64,000 nucleotides of DNA, taken from assembly GCA_964016885.1 (NCBI GenBank), contig OZ024743.1, positions 312,976,001 through 313,040,000 on the forward strand. Reading direction: 5' to 3'. This DNA is from Eledone cirrhosa. Its lineage: Eukaryota. The notes beneath the pieces are model-generated. The model was not told where the DNA came from. It did not search any database and saw nothing but the letters and a program-made list of their open reading frames with translations. This document shows, one piece after another, positions 1 through 12,669 of the stretch; within the stretch, counting starts at the first letter, position 1, and the number at the start of each line of letters is the position of its first letter. The translations under genes and the position numbers were made by a program.

Positions 1-59
1 ACCTCTTAACCAAATATACACCCAATCCACTACCCCTACCCTATCCTCCACACCCACTA

Positions 60-390
60 ACACCACCCTCTCTCTATAAAGTTGGTACCACAACATCCAG
101 TCCAAATAAATGAGATAATGAGATCGAGATCGTGTAGGTATCACGAGAAAAAACACACAGTCCACGCTGTAATGTGACCGTGTAGGTAACACGGTAAAAA
201 GTTCCCAGTTCCACACTGTAAATGTGGTTTGAGTTAGGAAGGACATCCAGCCGTAGAAAACCTGCCAGATAGTCAGTCCGATATGAGCGAGACATGGTCA
301 CCTGAACAACTTTGCCTCAAGTGGGACAACTCCCGTCTAACCCATGCTAGCATGGAAAATGGACGTTAAACGAAGATGATGATGATGATC
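60..390 (+). mobile_element. RTE LINE 3'UTR with (GAT)n tail
   Basis: Same 3'UTR as follows the RTE ORF at 39780-40150; ends ggacgttaaacgaagatgatgat. Confidence 0.75.
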
Positions 391-407
391 ATCATCATAT
401 GTATATA

Positions 408-710
408 TAGCCTGAGTGAGGATGGGATGAAAGAAGTTCAGGGAGCTACTACTATTGCTAGCTACAAAAGGCTTTTCCCTCAAAATGAAAGGCAGACTGT
501 ACGACACATGTATATGAGCAGCAATGTTGCATGGTAGTGAGGTCTAGGTGCTGTGAGCAGAAGACTTGCAAAGATTGGAAAGAAATGAAGCTTGCATGCT
601 CCGGTGGATGCGTAATAGTAATATACGTGAACAGCAAAGCATAAATGAACTGAGAGAGGAACGAGGCATAAGTCAATTCAGATACAGAATGCAGGAGAGG
701 AGGATCTTCT
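408..710 (+). mobile_element. RTE-clade LINE RT C-terminal fragment
   Basis: Degenerate KGRLYD..V.AAMLHGSE.W, LERNEACMLRWM. Confidence 0.8.
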
Positions 711-711
711 G

Positions 712-1125
712 TATCACTGCATAACGCCAAAGATCTTGGTCCTGTGTCATCGTCTTTGAGAGGTGCAATTCATCAAGGTCAGCTTTTATCACCTCATCCC
801 AAGTCTTCCTGGATTTCCGCACTCCAAGGTTTCCATCAACTTTGAGCACTCTGCACCTTTTTATACAGCTGTCAGCCTTCATGCACATCACATATCCATA
901 CCAACGCAGTCTCCTCTCCTGCACACTGCATCTGATTTCTCTTATGCTTAGTTTCTCTCTCAGTTCGTTTATGCTTTGTTGTTCGTGTATATTACTATTA
1001 CACATCCATCAGAGCATGCATGTTTCATTTCTTTCCAATCTAGGCAAGTCTTCTGCACACAGCACCCAAGTCTTACTACCATGCAACATTGCTGTTTGTA
1101 TGCATGCATCATACAGTCTGCCTTT
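712..1125 (-). mobile_element. RTE-clade LINE fragment
   Basis: ORF 673-1005: RRLRWYG.V, RKTWDEV. Confidence 0.85.
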
Positions 1126-2216
1126 ATATGTATATCATCATCATCATCATTTTTATGTCCAGTTTTCCATGCTTAGAAGAGTTGGATGGGTCCTTCTCAG
1201 TACAGCATCTCTTCACTTGTTGTGATCCTTTGTCATCACCTCTGTGAGTCTCAGTGATTTGAGTTAACTCTCACAATCTCTGCCCAGGTCTTTCTTGGTC
1301 TACCTCTACTGTGGATTCCTTCCACTGGCATTTCCTGGCTCTTCTTCACTCATCAATCATTGTCCATGCATATCACATGTTCATACCAACGCAGTCTTCT
1401 CTCTTGCACACCACCTTGGATTCCTCTTAAACTTCTCCCTCAACTCGTCCAAGCTCTGCCTTTCTTTCACACATTGCACATCCAACAGTCATAGACCATG
1501 TTTCATTACTACATAGATATATATATATATACCATTTAAATTGTTTACCAGTGGGTAGAACTGGTCACTCTGGTTAGTAAATCATGATGTAATAAATTAA
1601 AGCACTCAAAATTATGGAAATCATCTATCATAGGTGTGGTATTCCATGGTTTGTGCAGGAACAGAGTTAAATATTCATTTAAAAACAACAAAAGACCAGA
1701 CTGGACATTTTAAAGTTTTGATGTTGCAAAAACACTATACATATTTCAATGACCTAGTAACATAATCCAATCATAATGTAAGAGTTTGGTGATTTCATCA
1801 GGCATGGATTGTAAAATTAGTTAGTTGATTACAAAATTACAACAAACACAAACAGAGAATAGAGACCAGATTTTTTAATTCGAAGATGGCCCACCAATTG
1901 GGTGTTGTTGTAATGGTAAACCATCTCCGAATGTGTACAATGTATGTATATATGTATATATACATTGACGATGATATATATGATGACATGTGGTTTAGCA
2001 ATTAGACTATTGATTTATCATGATCATTCAACTTTCTGAAATGATCATGAAACAATGATCTAATTAAGCACTTAACCTCGCTTTTTGTTTTCATTGTTCA
2101 GCATATAATATAATATAGGCTGAATTATCATCATCATCATCACCGTTTAATGTCTATTTACCATGCTTGCATGGGTTAGATGGGTTGTCCACGTTGATAG
2201 ACCACATTTATTATAT

Positions 2217-3100
2217 ACTAGCAGTGGTACCCGGCGTTGCACGGATAAGGTATTTTGGAACACGGGCCACCAACAGACCTAATCATGGAAAAACTGCATG
2301 CGTGGACAATATGTAAAGAAAATAAACCGAATACTCTGATGGCTGGATAATCTTTCAGATTTTCTTCGATGAAGAAGGAAAAATGCAGGTTTTCACCTAA
2401 TGCGGGCCCTAGGGGATCAAGAAAATGAATTTTTTTTATGTGCATAATATGAAATTTCGGGAAAATCGGCTAGACGTAACGCCTAAAAAAAGCCCTAAAA
2501 AGCTGAAGAAATGAAGTTTTTCACCTAATGCGTGTCCTAGGCCATAAAAAGTTGGATTTTCTTTGCTCACGGTATAAAGAAGAGACTGACTAATACATAG
2601 TTACAATTTCAAGGAAATCAGTCTGACATAACGACTCAAAAAACCCCTAAAAACTTGAAAAAACGAAGTTTTCACCTAATGCGGGCCCTAGGGGATCAAA
2701 AAGTTGAATTTGTTAATGTGCATAACACTCCCTGAAATATAAGTAATACACATGTAAAGTTTGAAAAAGGTCAGTTGGGTACTTCTCGAGTTTTAGGGAT
2801 TCAAACTCACAGACAGACATCCTCAGGGAAGTGACGTAATGCAGACAGTCAGACATACAGACAGATATTATAAGGGCGCGACCTTATATGTATGTATATA
2901 TCTAAAAAGAGAAAGACTAATAATTATAGAGAGAGATCGCTAAATCGCCTAATGCAATCCCTAGGGCATTGAAATTTTGAAATTTGTTTTGCTCAGAACA
3001 CTCCCTGAAACATAAGTATTACATGTGTAAAGTTTGAAAACAGTCGGTTGGGTGGTTCTCGAGTTTTAGGGATTCAAACTCACACACACACACAGACAGA
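2217..3100 (-). mobile_element. Non-autonomous Helitron/Helentron-like element with internal subrepeats
   Basis: Minus strand ends CCGTGCAACGCCGGG...CTAGT (hairpin + CTAG); repeated ttttcacctaatgcgggccctaggg blocks; inverted relative at ~42040-42200. Confidence 0.6.
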
Positions 3101-3199
3101 TATGTATACATATATATATATTATCATCATCATTTTTATGTCTGTTTTTCCAAGCTTGCACAACATCTCATTTCTTTGTCATCTCCTCTGTGAGTTTCA

Positions 3200-4275
3200 T
3201 TTATATATAGAAAAGTAAGTACCACTGCTAATTACAAAAGGTTTTTGCTTCAAAATGAAAGACAGATTGTATGAAGCTTGTGTTTGAACAGCAATACTGC
3301 ATGGAAATGAAACCTGGGCAATGTGTTCAAGGGATCTACAAATATTGGAAATAATGAAGCCCATATGCTTCAATGAATATGTAATAGTAGTGTGCATGAA
3401 CGATAAAGCATCAGTGAACTGAGAGAGAAACTAGGCATAAGATGAGCCAGATGCAGTGTATAGGAGAGGTATTGTGCTGTTTAGACATGTGATGTGAATG
3501 GAGGAAGACAGATGTGTAAAGAGGTGCAGGACACTCAAAGTCGATGGTAACTATGAAAGAGGAAGACCTAAGAGATCTTGGGATTGAGTGATAAAAGCTG
3601 ACCTTGCTCAGTTAAACCTCACAAAGAAGATGACATGGGATTGAGACCTCTGGCATCATGCTGCACTGCAGAAGACACCCACCCCCTCAGGTGCACAAAG
3701 TGAAATGAAACAAAAATACAGGTGACACACAAGCCTGCAACAAACGTCTATACATCCTCCCCTAAACACCCCACACACCTCATCGATGTGAAACCACTTA
3801 CCTGTCCCCCCCCCCACACACACACTCCCTTTCCCCCACACCTCTGACACACTTAACCTTCCCAGCCTATTAAAGCTAGACATGCTCAACATCTGACCTC
3901 CCACAATGTTGAAGCCATGACAAAAAGCACAAAGTCCACCCTGAATGCTGATCCGATGCCACAACAAATGCACACAGTCCATCCCATAAGGTGATCGTGA
4001 TGGTGGCATGAGAAAAGCACTCAGTTCACACAGTAAAGTAGTCATGTTAGTGATACGACAAAAAGAGCCCAGTCCGCTCTGTAAGGAAGTCATTTTGATG
4101 CCATGATAAAAATTACCCAGTCCTCACTGTGATGTGGTTGGTGTTAGGAAGGGCATCCAACCATAGAAACCAAGCCAAAATACATATCTGACTTGTCTGA
4201 TAACATGACAACCCATCTAACCCATGCAAACATGTAAAATGGACGTTAAACGATGACAATGATGATGATGATGAT
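3200..4275 (+). mobile_element. Degenerate RTE LINE 3' part with UTR and (GAT)n tail
   Basis: TAILHGNETWA-like segment, GRPKRSW, family tail at 4215-4275. Confidence 0.7.
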
Positions 4276-4606
4276 ATATACATACATGTGTATCTGTGTG
4301 AGTGTATGTTTGTATATAAAATGGTAAATTGGCAAAGTCGTTATTGTCAGATAGAATGCTTTGCATTATGCACTTTAGCTGTCTACATTTTGTATTCAAA
4401 TCCTACTGAGGTAAAAAAAAATAAAGTGTCAGTTCAGTACTGAGATTATCTCTTTCTCTTCTTTTTTTCTCACTTTCTCACTCTTATTCTCTCTTTTTCT
4501 CTGGAAGGAATTGGTTTTGCTCAGATCTGGAAAGAAATGGGCTCTACTAGGTCTAAAATTCCTAAGACATGTATGTTCAGTGGGTGCTCCTATGACACCT
4601 ATGATT

Positions 4607-4850
4607 GAAGGCATGTGGCTTAGTGGTTAGATAATTGGATTTGCAATCATTAGGTTGGGAATTCAATTCCTAGACTAGGTGATGTGTTATGTCTTTGAGC
4701 ATGGCAGTTTATTTCATGTTGTTCTTTCTGCCAGGAGTAGATAGTACTAGCAATAGAAAGACCAATGGAAATATTGTTTCCTTGGTCTAATTTGAAGAGT
4801 TCCGCCCCACTCTGTAATTGAATGAGGTCTGGGATCTTATCAATCAATCC
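4607..4850 (+). mobile_element. tRNA-head SINE (related copies ~27418-27670 and ~38864-39070)
   Basis: A box tggcttagtgg, B-box-like motif, shared ggaaacattg.ttcct.ggtctgatttga body. Confidence 0.65.
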
Positions 4851-5014
4851 CCTCCCTTCTTGTCCCCTAGTGATTCTAACTGAAGTTCAGGGTGAATGAA
4901 GTATGGATAGAGATATATTCACAGTGTAGCTTATAATTTCAAAACATAATTCTTGGTGTATCAACATTGAACATTCTATGTAACCCAGTGATTGCCATCG
5001 AGAGGTGTACACAA

Positions 5015-5254
5015 TGTAGCCAGAGGCATTCGGACTTACCTTGCATCTCTCTGGTCCACGTGGGGGTACTGTCCACTTGCATCTGTCTTCACACATCCGT
5101 CACCTTCGAGGGCCTATGGCTGAGAGGCCCCTGTTGACTGTCTGGTCGCTCGAGTCGCCCCCGTCCTCCTGCTTCCGGTCAGGTGTCCCCCAACTTCCGG
5201 CAATCCCCCTCCCATGGCAGATATACATGCCCTCTATCTCGCGGCAGCCCCACA
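5015..5254 (-). repeat. 3' LTR
   Basis: Direct repeat of 8967-9206; about 21 mismatches counted by eye. Confidence 0.93.
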
Positions 5255-5323
5255 CGCCCCCCTGATCTGAAGGATCACCCCCCCCCCCCCCCCATCACAC
5301 TGCTCCATCTCATAATCTGCCAC

Positions 5324-8300
5324 CTACCTAGGTTGGCGGCGGCTCCCTTGCGATCTCCGCACTGCTGGGGCGGCACTTTCATTTTCCTCGGTGTCCGTCA
5401 CCACAACGACTCTACGGATGTCCAAGACGTGACGGGGCATTCCGTCCACAGGCACAGTGTTTTGGGAATTTATGGCGGTTACCATTCCCTTTCCCCATTG
5501 ACATGTGCAATGCGCGTTCGGGGGCTTGACCCATACCTCTTCGCCCACTCGTACGAATGCGCTCTCTCTCCACCGGCTGCTGTGGTACCGTGCACGGGTG
5601 TCGCCATTCATATCTGTATATTGCCCTGTGCAGCACCGACTCCTCAGCCTGTCCCACCCGCGGAGACATGTTGTACCAGAACACTGCCTCCATTGGCGAA
5701 ATATGCCCCCTTTCCGCCATGACCTTGATCGTGCGATGATGTCTCTCCACGATCCCATTTCCGTTCGGCCTGTATGCTGCTCTGAAGAAGCGGTTCACCT
5801 TCCACTTGTCAAGCATTTCCCTCAGCGCCTCTGAGCAAAACGCTGTGCTGTTGTCCATCAGCAGTTCATCCACAGGGCCCTGCTCCAAGAATATCTCTCT
5901 CAGCGTCTGCATGATTTCCTCCGCAGTTCCTGTCTTCATTTCCCTCCATATTGCCATCCGCCCCAGCCCACAATCGACCATCGAAAGATACATTCCTTGT
6001 CTGTAGTGTGTCATGTCCACCACTAATCACTTCCAGTTGTGCTCCACCGGGATGCTTCCAGTCTTGTGCACACCCGGGGTAGGGTCGATAGACTGGCATC
6101 TGTCGCAACCTCCGACCACTCTCTGGACACTCTGTCTGCTAACATCAGAGTCGATTCTTCGCACTAGGAACAGGGTCCTATCCACTCCCATGTGGTGCAT
6201 GGCATGCAGTCTCCTCAACTCCGAATCACTCAGCTGACAAACTGCCGCTATCCCCTTCTCTGCGTCCCCAGGTGTTTCCAGCCAGGCTTTCTTCACCCTG
6301 GTTAATACGTCTGCCCTGTTTTTCTCCGAGGGCACAAAAACGACACTCAACTCCAGGCCGAATCCAGTGGACAGCTCTCCCAGAGTTCCCTGGCGGCGCT
6401 TTATCAACATTTCTGCTGCCCCTCTTGTTCGCACCCTCTTCTCACTGGTAAGCACTGATCTCACCCATCTGAGTACAGTGGCCGAGTCAGTGCAGATTTC
6501 TATGGTGCGCAGCCCCCATCTCAGGGTGAGATTCACCCCTCTCAGCACAGCATCCAATTCGGCCACGTTGATGTGGCTGTAGTCCTCCTTCTTCTTGAGC
6601 CAGGCTGCGTCCTCGACCTCAACGCCTCCTATCTCCAGAGTGACCCCTAGCGCTATGCTGCTACGGTCCCGCTCTCTGATTTGGGGACGAACCAGCGTCC
6701 TTTCACTGGGTCATCCGCCTTTACCCTCTCCACGATTTCCTGCATCATGGCCACTGTCCTCTTTCCAACCCTGTCAGCCCAGCTCACTCCGTCTGCTCGT
6801 CTCTTGACATAGCTGCATGCCGTCTGGAGCGTCCCTGCGACCGGATAGTGGCCCACCAATTTACCACACATTGAGAAGAGTTCTCGTCTATTCATATCGG
6901 GGCCCAGTTCCAGGACTTCGTTACCCCTCCGAAAAACGAGTGGGCCCGTCTTATCCCTTTGCAACCTGAATCCTAGCATGGCTCCTCCTTCCATCGCCTT
7001 CGGCAGTTTCGCGGTCAGCCCGAACCTTCCCAAGTGGCCTGAGACTTCTGCTGCTGACACCACCGTCTCGTCCACCAAGATGTCGATGATGTAGGAGTTG
7101 GTAGCCCTCTTAACCTTGTCCGCTTTCCCCAGAATGGCCTAGAGGACAGTCGCCATAATTTTCGGCACAGAGTTCAACTCGAAGCCAAGCCTGGTCAGGC
7201 AGTATGTCTGGCCCTTATACCTGATCAGCTGATATTTCCACAGTTTCTCATCCACGTGTAACTGCAGGTATGCCGACTTTAAGTCGACAATCGTGGAGGC
7301 CCCCGTCATTCGTCTCCACTCTCACAAAGTTTCCCCGCAAACATCCGTGACCTCACCGCTTGTGTGGCATGACACGTGTTCGTTCAGCTCACGAAAGTCC
7401 AGCACCGGCCTAACCTTGTTCTTCATGGGCTGCACCACTGCCATCAGTGGCAACACTCCACACTTCACCTCCTCCTTCCAAGGAAGCAGTATACCCTCCT
7501 CGATCCATCTCTGTACCTCTCCCTCAAACTCGCATCCGGCATTTCCTTTCAGGATATGCTGATAGCAGCCTACTCTATTCTTCAGCATTGGTGTATCTCC
7601 CTTCCAGTACCACTCAACTACCCACAGCTGCCCATCTAACACCGCCTTGAAATCCTTGTCCTGTATGGTATTTTCTTCGTGGATCACCCTGTTCTTCGTG
7701 GATTCTCCCAGCATGCTCACAACACATGATATCCTCTTGCTACCAAACGTCACCCCGACTTCAGTCACTGTAACACCTCCAAGGCAGCCAATCGTGTCCA
7801 TGCCCATTACTACATAGACCCCCGTCCACTACCTGGTCAATCACGGTCGCCCGAAGCCTAATTTTTCTTCCCCGTACCACCATCGACACCTCGCTGGTAC
7901 TTCTGCATCTAATCTGCCTGCCGTCGACTACCCTTATACTGTTCATCCTGCTCCACTTTTTAACCACCCCCGTGGTCACTAGTGTTGTCATGCAACCCGT
8001 GTCCACGAGTGCTCGCGATGGCTTCCTTTCCACCAAAACTTCCACTACGGGCAGCGACTGCAAAGGCGCCTCTACTCGCCTCCAGGGGTGGCTACCGGCG
8101 CAGTAGCCCCCCTTAGACCTTTTCCCTGGTCACAATTATTTGCGATGTAGCCTGGTCACTTGCAGCGATAGCAGGCTATAGCTGGCTTCGGCTCTCTGCA
8201 GTCCCTTGCCATGTGCGGGCCCTGGCTCCTGAAGCACCGGCCTCCGAACCCACGCGGACGACTATTCACAGCGGCTGGGCTCCTTTCGTCATACGTCGGT

Positions 8301-8831
8301 TGCTGTCGACTGCCATGGGCTTCTGTCGCTGCCAGACTGCAATACTCCACCTCGTGCCCTGTGTTATTACGCGGGCCTGTGCGATGAGCTCGCTCATGCT
8401 AATCTCCCTGTTGCCGGGCAGCTGTTGGAGCTTCACGCAGATTTCGTCGGGGAACCCGTTCATAAAAGCCAACCGCACGGCGCATTCGCGTTCTACCACG
8501 AATCGTAGCCAACCGTCGTAACTCTGTCGCGAACACGTCCACGTGCTCTCCCTGCCATCTTGCTCTGCCTAGCTTGGCAAAAGCAGCGTACAGTCCCTCG
8601 GTGAATGCTTCCTTAAGTTGCTGTCCTCTCCGTGTTCAGTTGGTCGCTCTCGTCCATCTCGAGGTACAGTGTTAGGGCATCCCCGTCGAGATATAGAACG
8701 ATCAAACCAGCAACGTTGTCAATGCCTTGCAGCGAGGCGACCTATGTGACCTTTCTCAACCAGGCCACAACATCTCCTTCGCCGTTAAAAGCCTTGATCG
8801 TCTCGCTATTCAATCTCAGTTTCGCTGCCAT
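5324..8831 (-). pseudogene. Gypsy gag-pol, disrupted by stops and frameshifts
   Basis: MAAKLRL.. gag with two degenerate zinc knuckles; protease ALVDTGC; RT RPVLDFRELN and SYIIDI (YxDD damaged); RNase H AELDA/TDS; integrase HH-CC, LMDNSTAF, NGIVERHH. Confidence 0.9.
8085..8126 (-). promoter_or_regulatory. -1 ribosomal frameshift signal at the gag/pol junction
   Basis: G GGA AAA in gag frame, 7-nt spacer, GC-rich hairpin; the -1 frame reads open into the protease. Confidence 0.75.
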
Positions 8832-8966
8832 CTCCCCTGCGAGATCGGAAAAAAATCAACAACAATACCCCACAAAAGAGAACAAAAAACAAAAAAAAAA
8901 GGGGGCTGCCGTGCCGGGAGTAAAAATGCCGAAAGATGGGAAATTTCATTAAACACCAAAATAGCT

Positions 8967-9206
8967 TGTAGCCGGAGGCATTCGGACTTACCTTGCATCT
9001 CTCTGGTCCACGTGGGGGTACTGTCCACTTGTGTCTGTCTTCATACGTCTGTCACCTTCGAGGGCCTATGGCTGAGAGGCCCCTGTTGACCGCTTGGTCC
9101 CCCGAGTCGCCCCCGTCCTCCTGCTTCCGGTCAGGCGTCCCCCAACTTCCGGCAATCCTCCTCCCACAGCAGCTCTACACCCACTCTATCTCGCAGCAGC
9201 CCCACA
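8967..9206 (-). repeat. 5' LTR
   Basis: Direct repeat of 5015-5254. Confidence 0.93.
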
Positions 9207-9763
9207 CACCCCACAAGGGGCAATCTGAATATTTAAGGGGGCCATTTGAAAATGATCTTAATGAGAATAAACATCAGGTTTTACTTTATTACTTTTACAC
9301 TAAGGCAACTTTGGTGCACATTACTATCAGAAACTCCTGTCTCACCTCCTCCATATGTTATTGTGCATTTGACACCACTTATACACCAATTTGTTTACAC
9401 TTTGCAGTTGTTTTTATGTCAAAGGGGGACTTAACAATTTTTTAGATGTTGAGGTGGGGCATGGTGCACAAAAGGTTGGGAATCACTGATCTAACCCATG
9501 CAAATGTGGAAAATGGATGTTAATGATGATGATGGTGATGATGATGATGATGATAATCAAATATATACAACAAACATTAAACATTCCAGATAATCAAATA
9601 TATATTGTGTTGTGCATAAAGTAATTAATTAATTAAGCTTGTTGCCAACAAATACAGAGTTAAACAAATTTCATTGGTCATTTCCTCTGGGTTCTGGCTT
9701 ATGTTTGTTATAAATAGCTATAAGTTATCAATCTCTCTGAAGACAAAAAATGTGGATACTTAC

Positions 9764-9794
9764 TCTCTGATGAATTTCCAAGTAGAAATAAAAC
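9764..9794 (-). other. Candidate isolated 31-nt exon (xFISTWKFIRx or VLFLLGNSSE)
   Basis: ctattctacag | 31 nt | gtaagt in non-repetitive sequence; no homology recognised. Confidence 0.3.
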
Positions 9795-10502
9795 CTGTAG
9801 AATAGTCTCAATATATTTCTGCCCGCAGAGCAATATAAAATGTGTTTACATTTGTTTAAATTTGTTTACACTCTGCAGCGAAATTTATAATACAAAAATT
9901 GTAGGTATACCTACATTAAAAATTTTAGATTGCCATAATCAACATATGTTGTCATCATCATTGTGATCGCTTAATGTCAGTTCTCTATGCTTGCATGAGT
10001 TAGACAGGTGGTCGGGTTATGAGACAAGTCAGGTCAGGTGACCACGTCTTGCCTATGCAGAACTGTTTCTGGCTTGGATGCTTCTTTCCTAACACCAACC
10101 AATTTACAGTGTGGGTTGGCTGTTTTAATTGTGGCACCAAAATAACCATCTAACAGTGTTGACTGAGTGTTTTTTGTCATGTCACCAACACAACCACCTT
10201 GCACAGTCGTCAGAACGCTTTTTGTAATGATACCAGCATGACAACCACACAGGGTGGATTGAGCATTTTTTTGTCATGACACCAGCACATTGTGTTGTAC
10301 CTAAAATAATTACTTCTTTAATATATGCGTGTGTGTATCAGTTAATAATGACAGATGTGTGAATGAGTATTCAATAACACTGTTGAGATTAATAGATTAT
10401 GATGGTTGATTCAGTGGCCTGTTACTCTGGAGATTCTCCTGTGTGTTACAAGTTCCTTAGACAGTGCTCATATGCATGCACACACACACACACACACACA
10501 CA

Positions 10503-10536
<34 letters not shown>

Positions 10537-11554
10537 CATATACATATAATCATCATCATCACTGTTTTCCATCTGTTTTCAGTTGGTAACATAACAAGCA
10601 GCACCCAGTCCACATGGTAAAGTAGTCATTTTAGTTCCACGATAGAAAGCATTCAGTTCATACTACAAAGTGGTTGTGTTGGTGTCCTGGCAAAAAGCAC
10701 CCAGCCCACACTGTAAAGTGGTCATTTTGGTGCCATGACAAAAGGCACCCAGCCCACACTGTAAATGTGGTTGGCATTAGGAAGGGCATCCAGCCATAGA
10801 AACCAAACCAAAAACATTTCTGCCTAAGCAAGACACAGTCATCTGATCTGACTTGTCTCACATTGGGAGAACTCGTCTAACCCATGTTAGCATGGAAAAT
10901 GGACGTTAAACGATGATAATGATGATGATGATGATATACATATATATATGAACCACCATTATCATCAGCACTGTTTTACTTTTGTTTTCTCTCTCTATAT
11001 ATATATATATTTTGTCTCTTACTCCATGGACTGAGTTTGGGCTTGTGTCGGACGTTGTGACGCGGTTAAAATTGCCAAAGCCCATCTAAACAGCTGAAGA
11101 CTCTGAAGTTCTGTGTCTTTGATTTATATTTTTATTTTCAAAAAATAATTTTTTAAGGTTTCCCCTTCGAAAAATTATTTTTTGAAAATAAAAATATAAA
11201 CATATGAGTGAAACACAGTCATCTGATTTGTTTAAGTTCACAATGAGACAAGGCATTTAATCCACGTAAGCATCATCTACATCCATTTCCCATGCTTACC
11301 TGGATTAGATGGGTTGTCACATTGTGAAGTTAGACAAATCAGATGACTGTGTTTCACTTATACAATCTATTTTTACATGGGTATTACAGTTGGATGCTGT
11401 TCCTAATGCCAACCACTTCACATCATGTACCAGGAGCATTTTATAGTGTGCCACCACTGCCACATGACAAGTTGGACTAAATGCTTTTGATAGTGGCACC
11501 ACCACTTTACAGTGTGGTCTGAGTGCATTTTATCATGGCACCAGCACTACCACT

Positions 11555-11629
11555 TGAAAAATGCAAAGAATCATAATACACACAGAAGCTTTTCAACAGA
11601 TGTACCTGCATCTTATGAGCCTCACATAC

Positions 11630-11685
<56 letters not shown>

Positions 11686-11940
11686 AACTAACCTCTGAAA
11701 GCATATGATTCCAATGAACAGGAAGTGCATATGGGTTAACCCAGGGCAGCTTGAATACAGTATTAGGTTGCTAAAAATAGCAGTCCATAGTCAATCAAGT
11801 ATCCAAAGGCTCAACTATATTAATTAATAAATTCGGAGGTTAGTTATATTCTTTCTCTCCCTTTAGTATATGAGGCTCATAAGAAGCAGGTACACCTGTT
11901 GAAAAGCTTCTCTGTGTATTATGACTCTTCACATTTTTCA
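11555..11940. mobile_element. Foldback/MITE-like inverted repeat containing (GA)n
   Basis: 11555-11700 is the reverse complement of 11831-11940. Confidence 0.7.
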
Positions 11941-12669
11941 TAGCGAAACATGGAATATATGTGTATATATATGTATGTATGTGTTGTATATCTTATATCC
12001 AGGTGTATATCGTTATAGAGGAGGTATGTACACTTTGATTATTTTATTAATCTGTATTTACTGCTCCATCCGTAGTTTTTATGTGCTTTACCAGGGTAGA
12101 ATTTTATCCCCTATTACCTGACATAATTTACTATGCGCCTTCTCTCATTGCTATGATATATATATATATTAACTAGTCTGTGTACAATTATAATATTATG
12201 CTGCAGCATTAAAAGAACACTTATAGCCTACAGCAGACTCAAAAGTGTTATCCCCATAAAAGTGTTGACGGATGGATCCCCCTCTTGTCCCCTCCCCTCT
12301 AGTTACGTTACTGTGTGAGTAATCTAATAGATGAATCACAATGCCAAAGCCATTTTTGTAGTCTAATGCATATATAATGATAAATATACTGATACCACAT
12401 GACAATACAGTAATAAACCAATATATATAACGATAGATATACCGATATCACATAACAAGACAGTAATATTTACACCATTCTACAATAGCTAACAACACTT
12501 CTCACAACCAAATGCATATGCCAGATGGCCTCAATACAAATCCAATAACCAGCCAAGAAGACCCCCTCCACCATCTCTCTTATGACATATTCTACCAAAT
12601 ACAGAGAACCATTACATCATGCAGCTCTGATACACCAACTACATTACCAAAACCTTATCTGAGGCTAAT

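Larger units (their letters stand above)
5015..9206 (-). mobile_element. Full-length decayed Ty3/Gypsy LTR retrotransposon (4.19 kb)
   Basis: Two 240-bp TG..CA LTRs; PPT (AGGGGGGCG) next to the 3' LTR; gag-PR-RT-RH-IN order. Confidence 0.95.
4986..9488. mobile_element. hAT (Charlie-like) MITE interrupted by Gypsy insertion
   Basis: TIRs CAGTGATTGCCATC / GGTTGGGAATCACTG; 8-bp TSD ATGTAACC / ATCTAACC (7/8). Confidence 0.75.
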
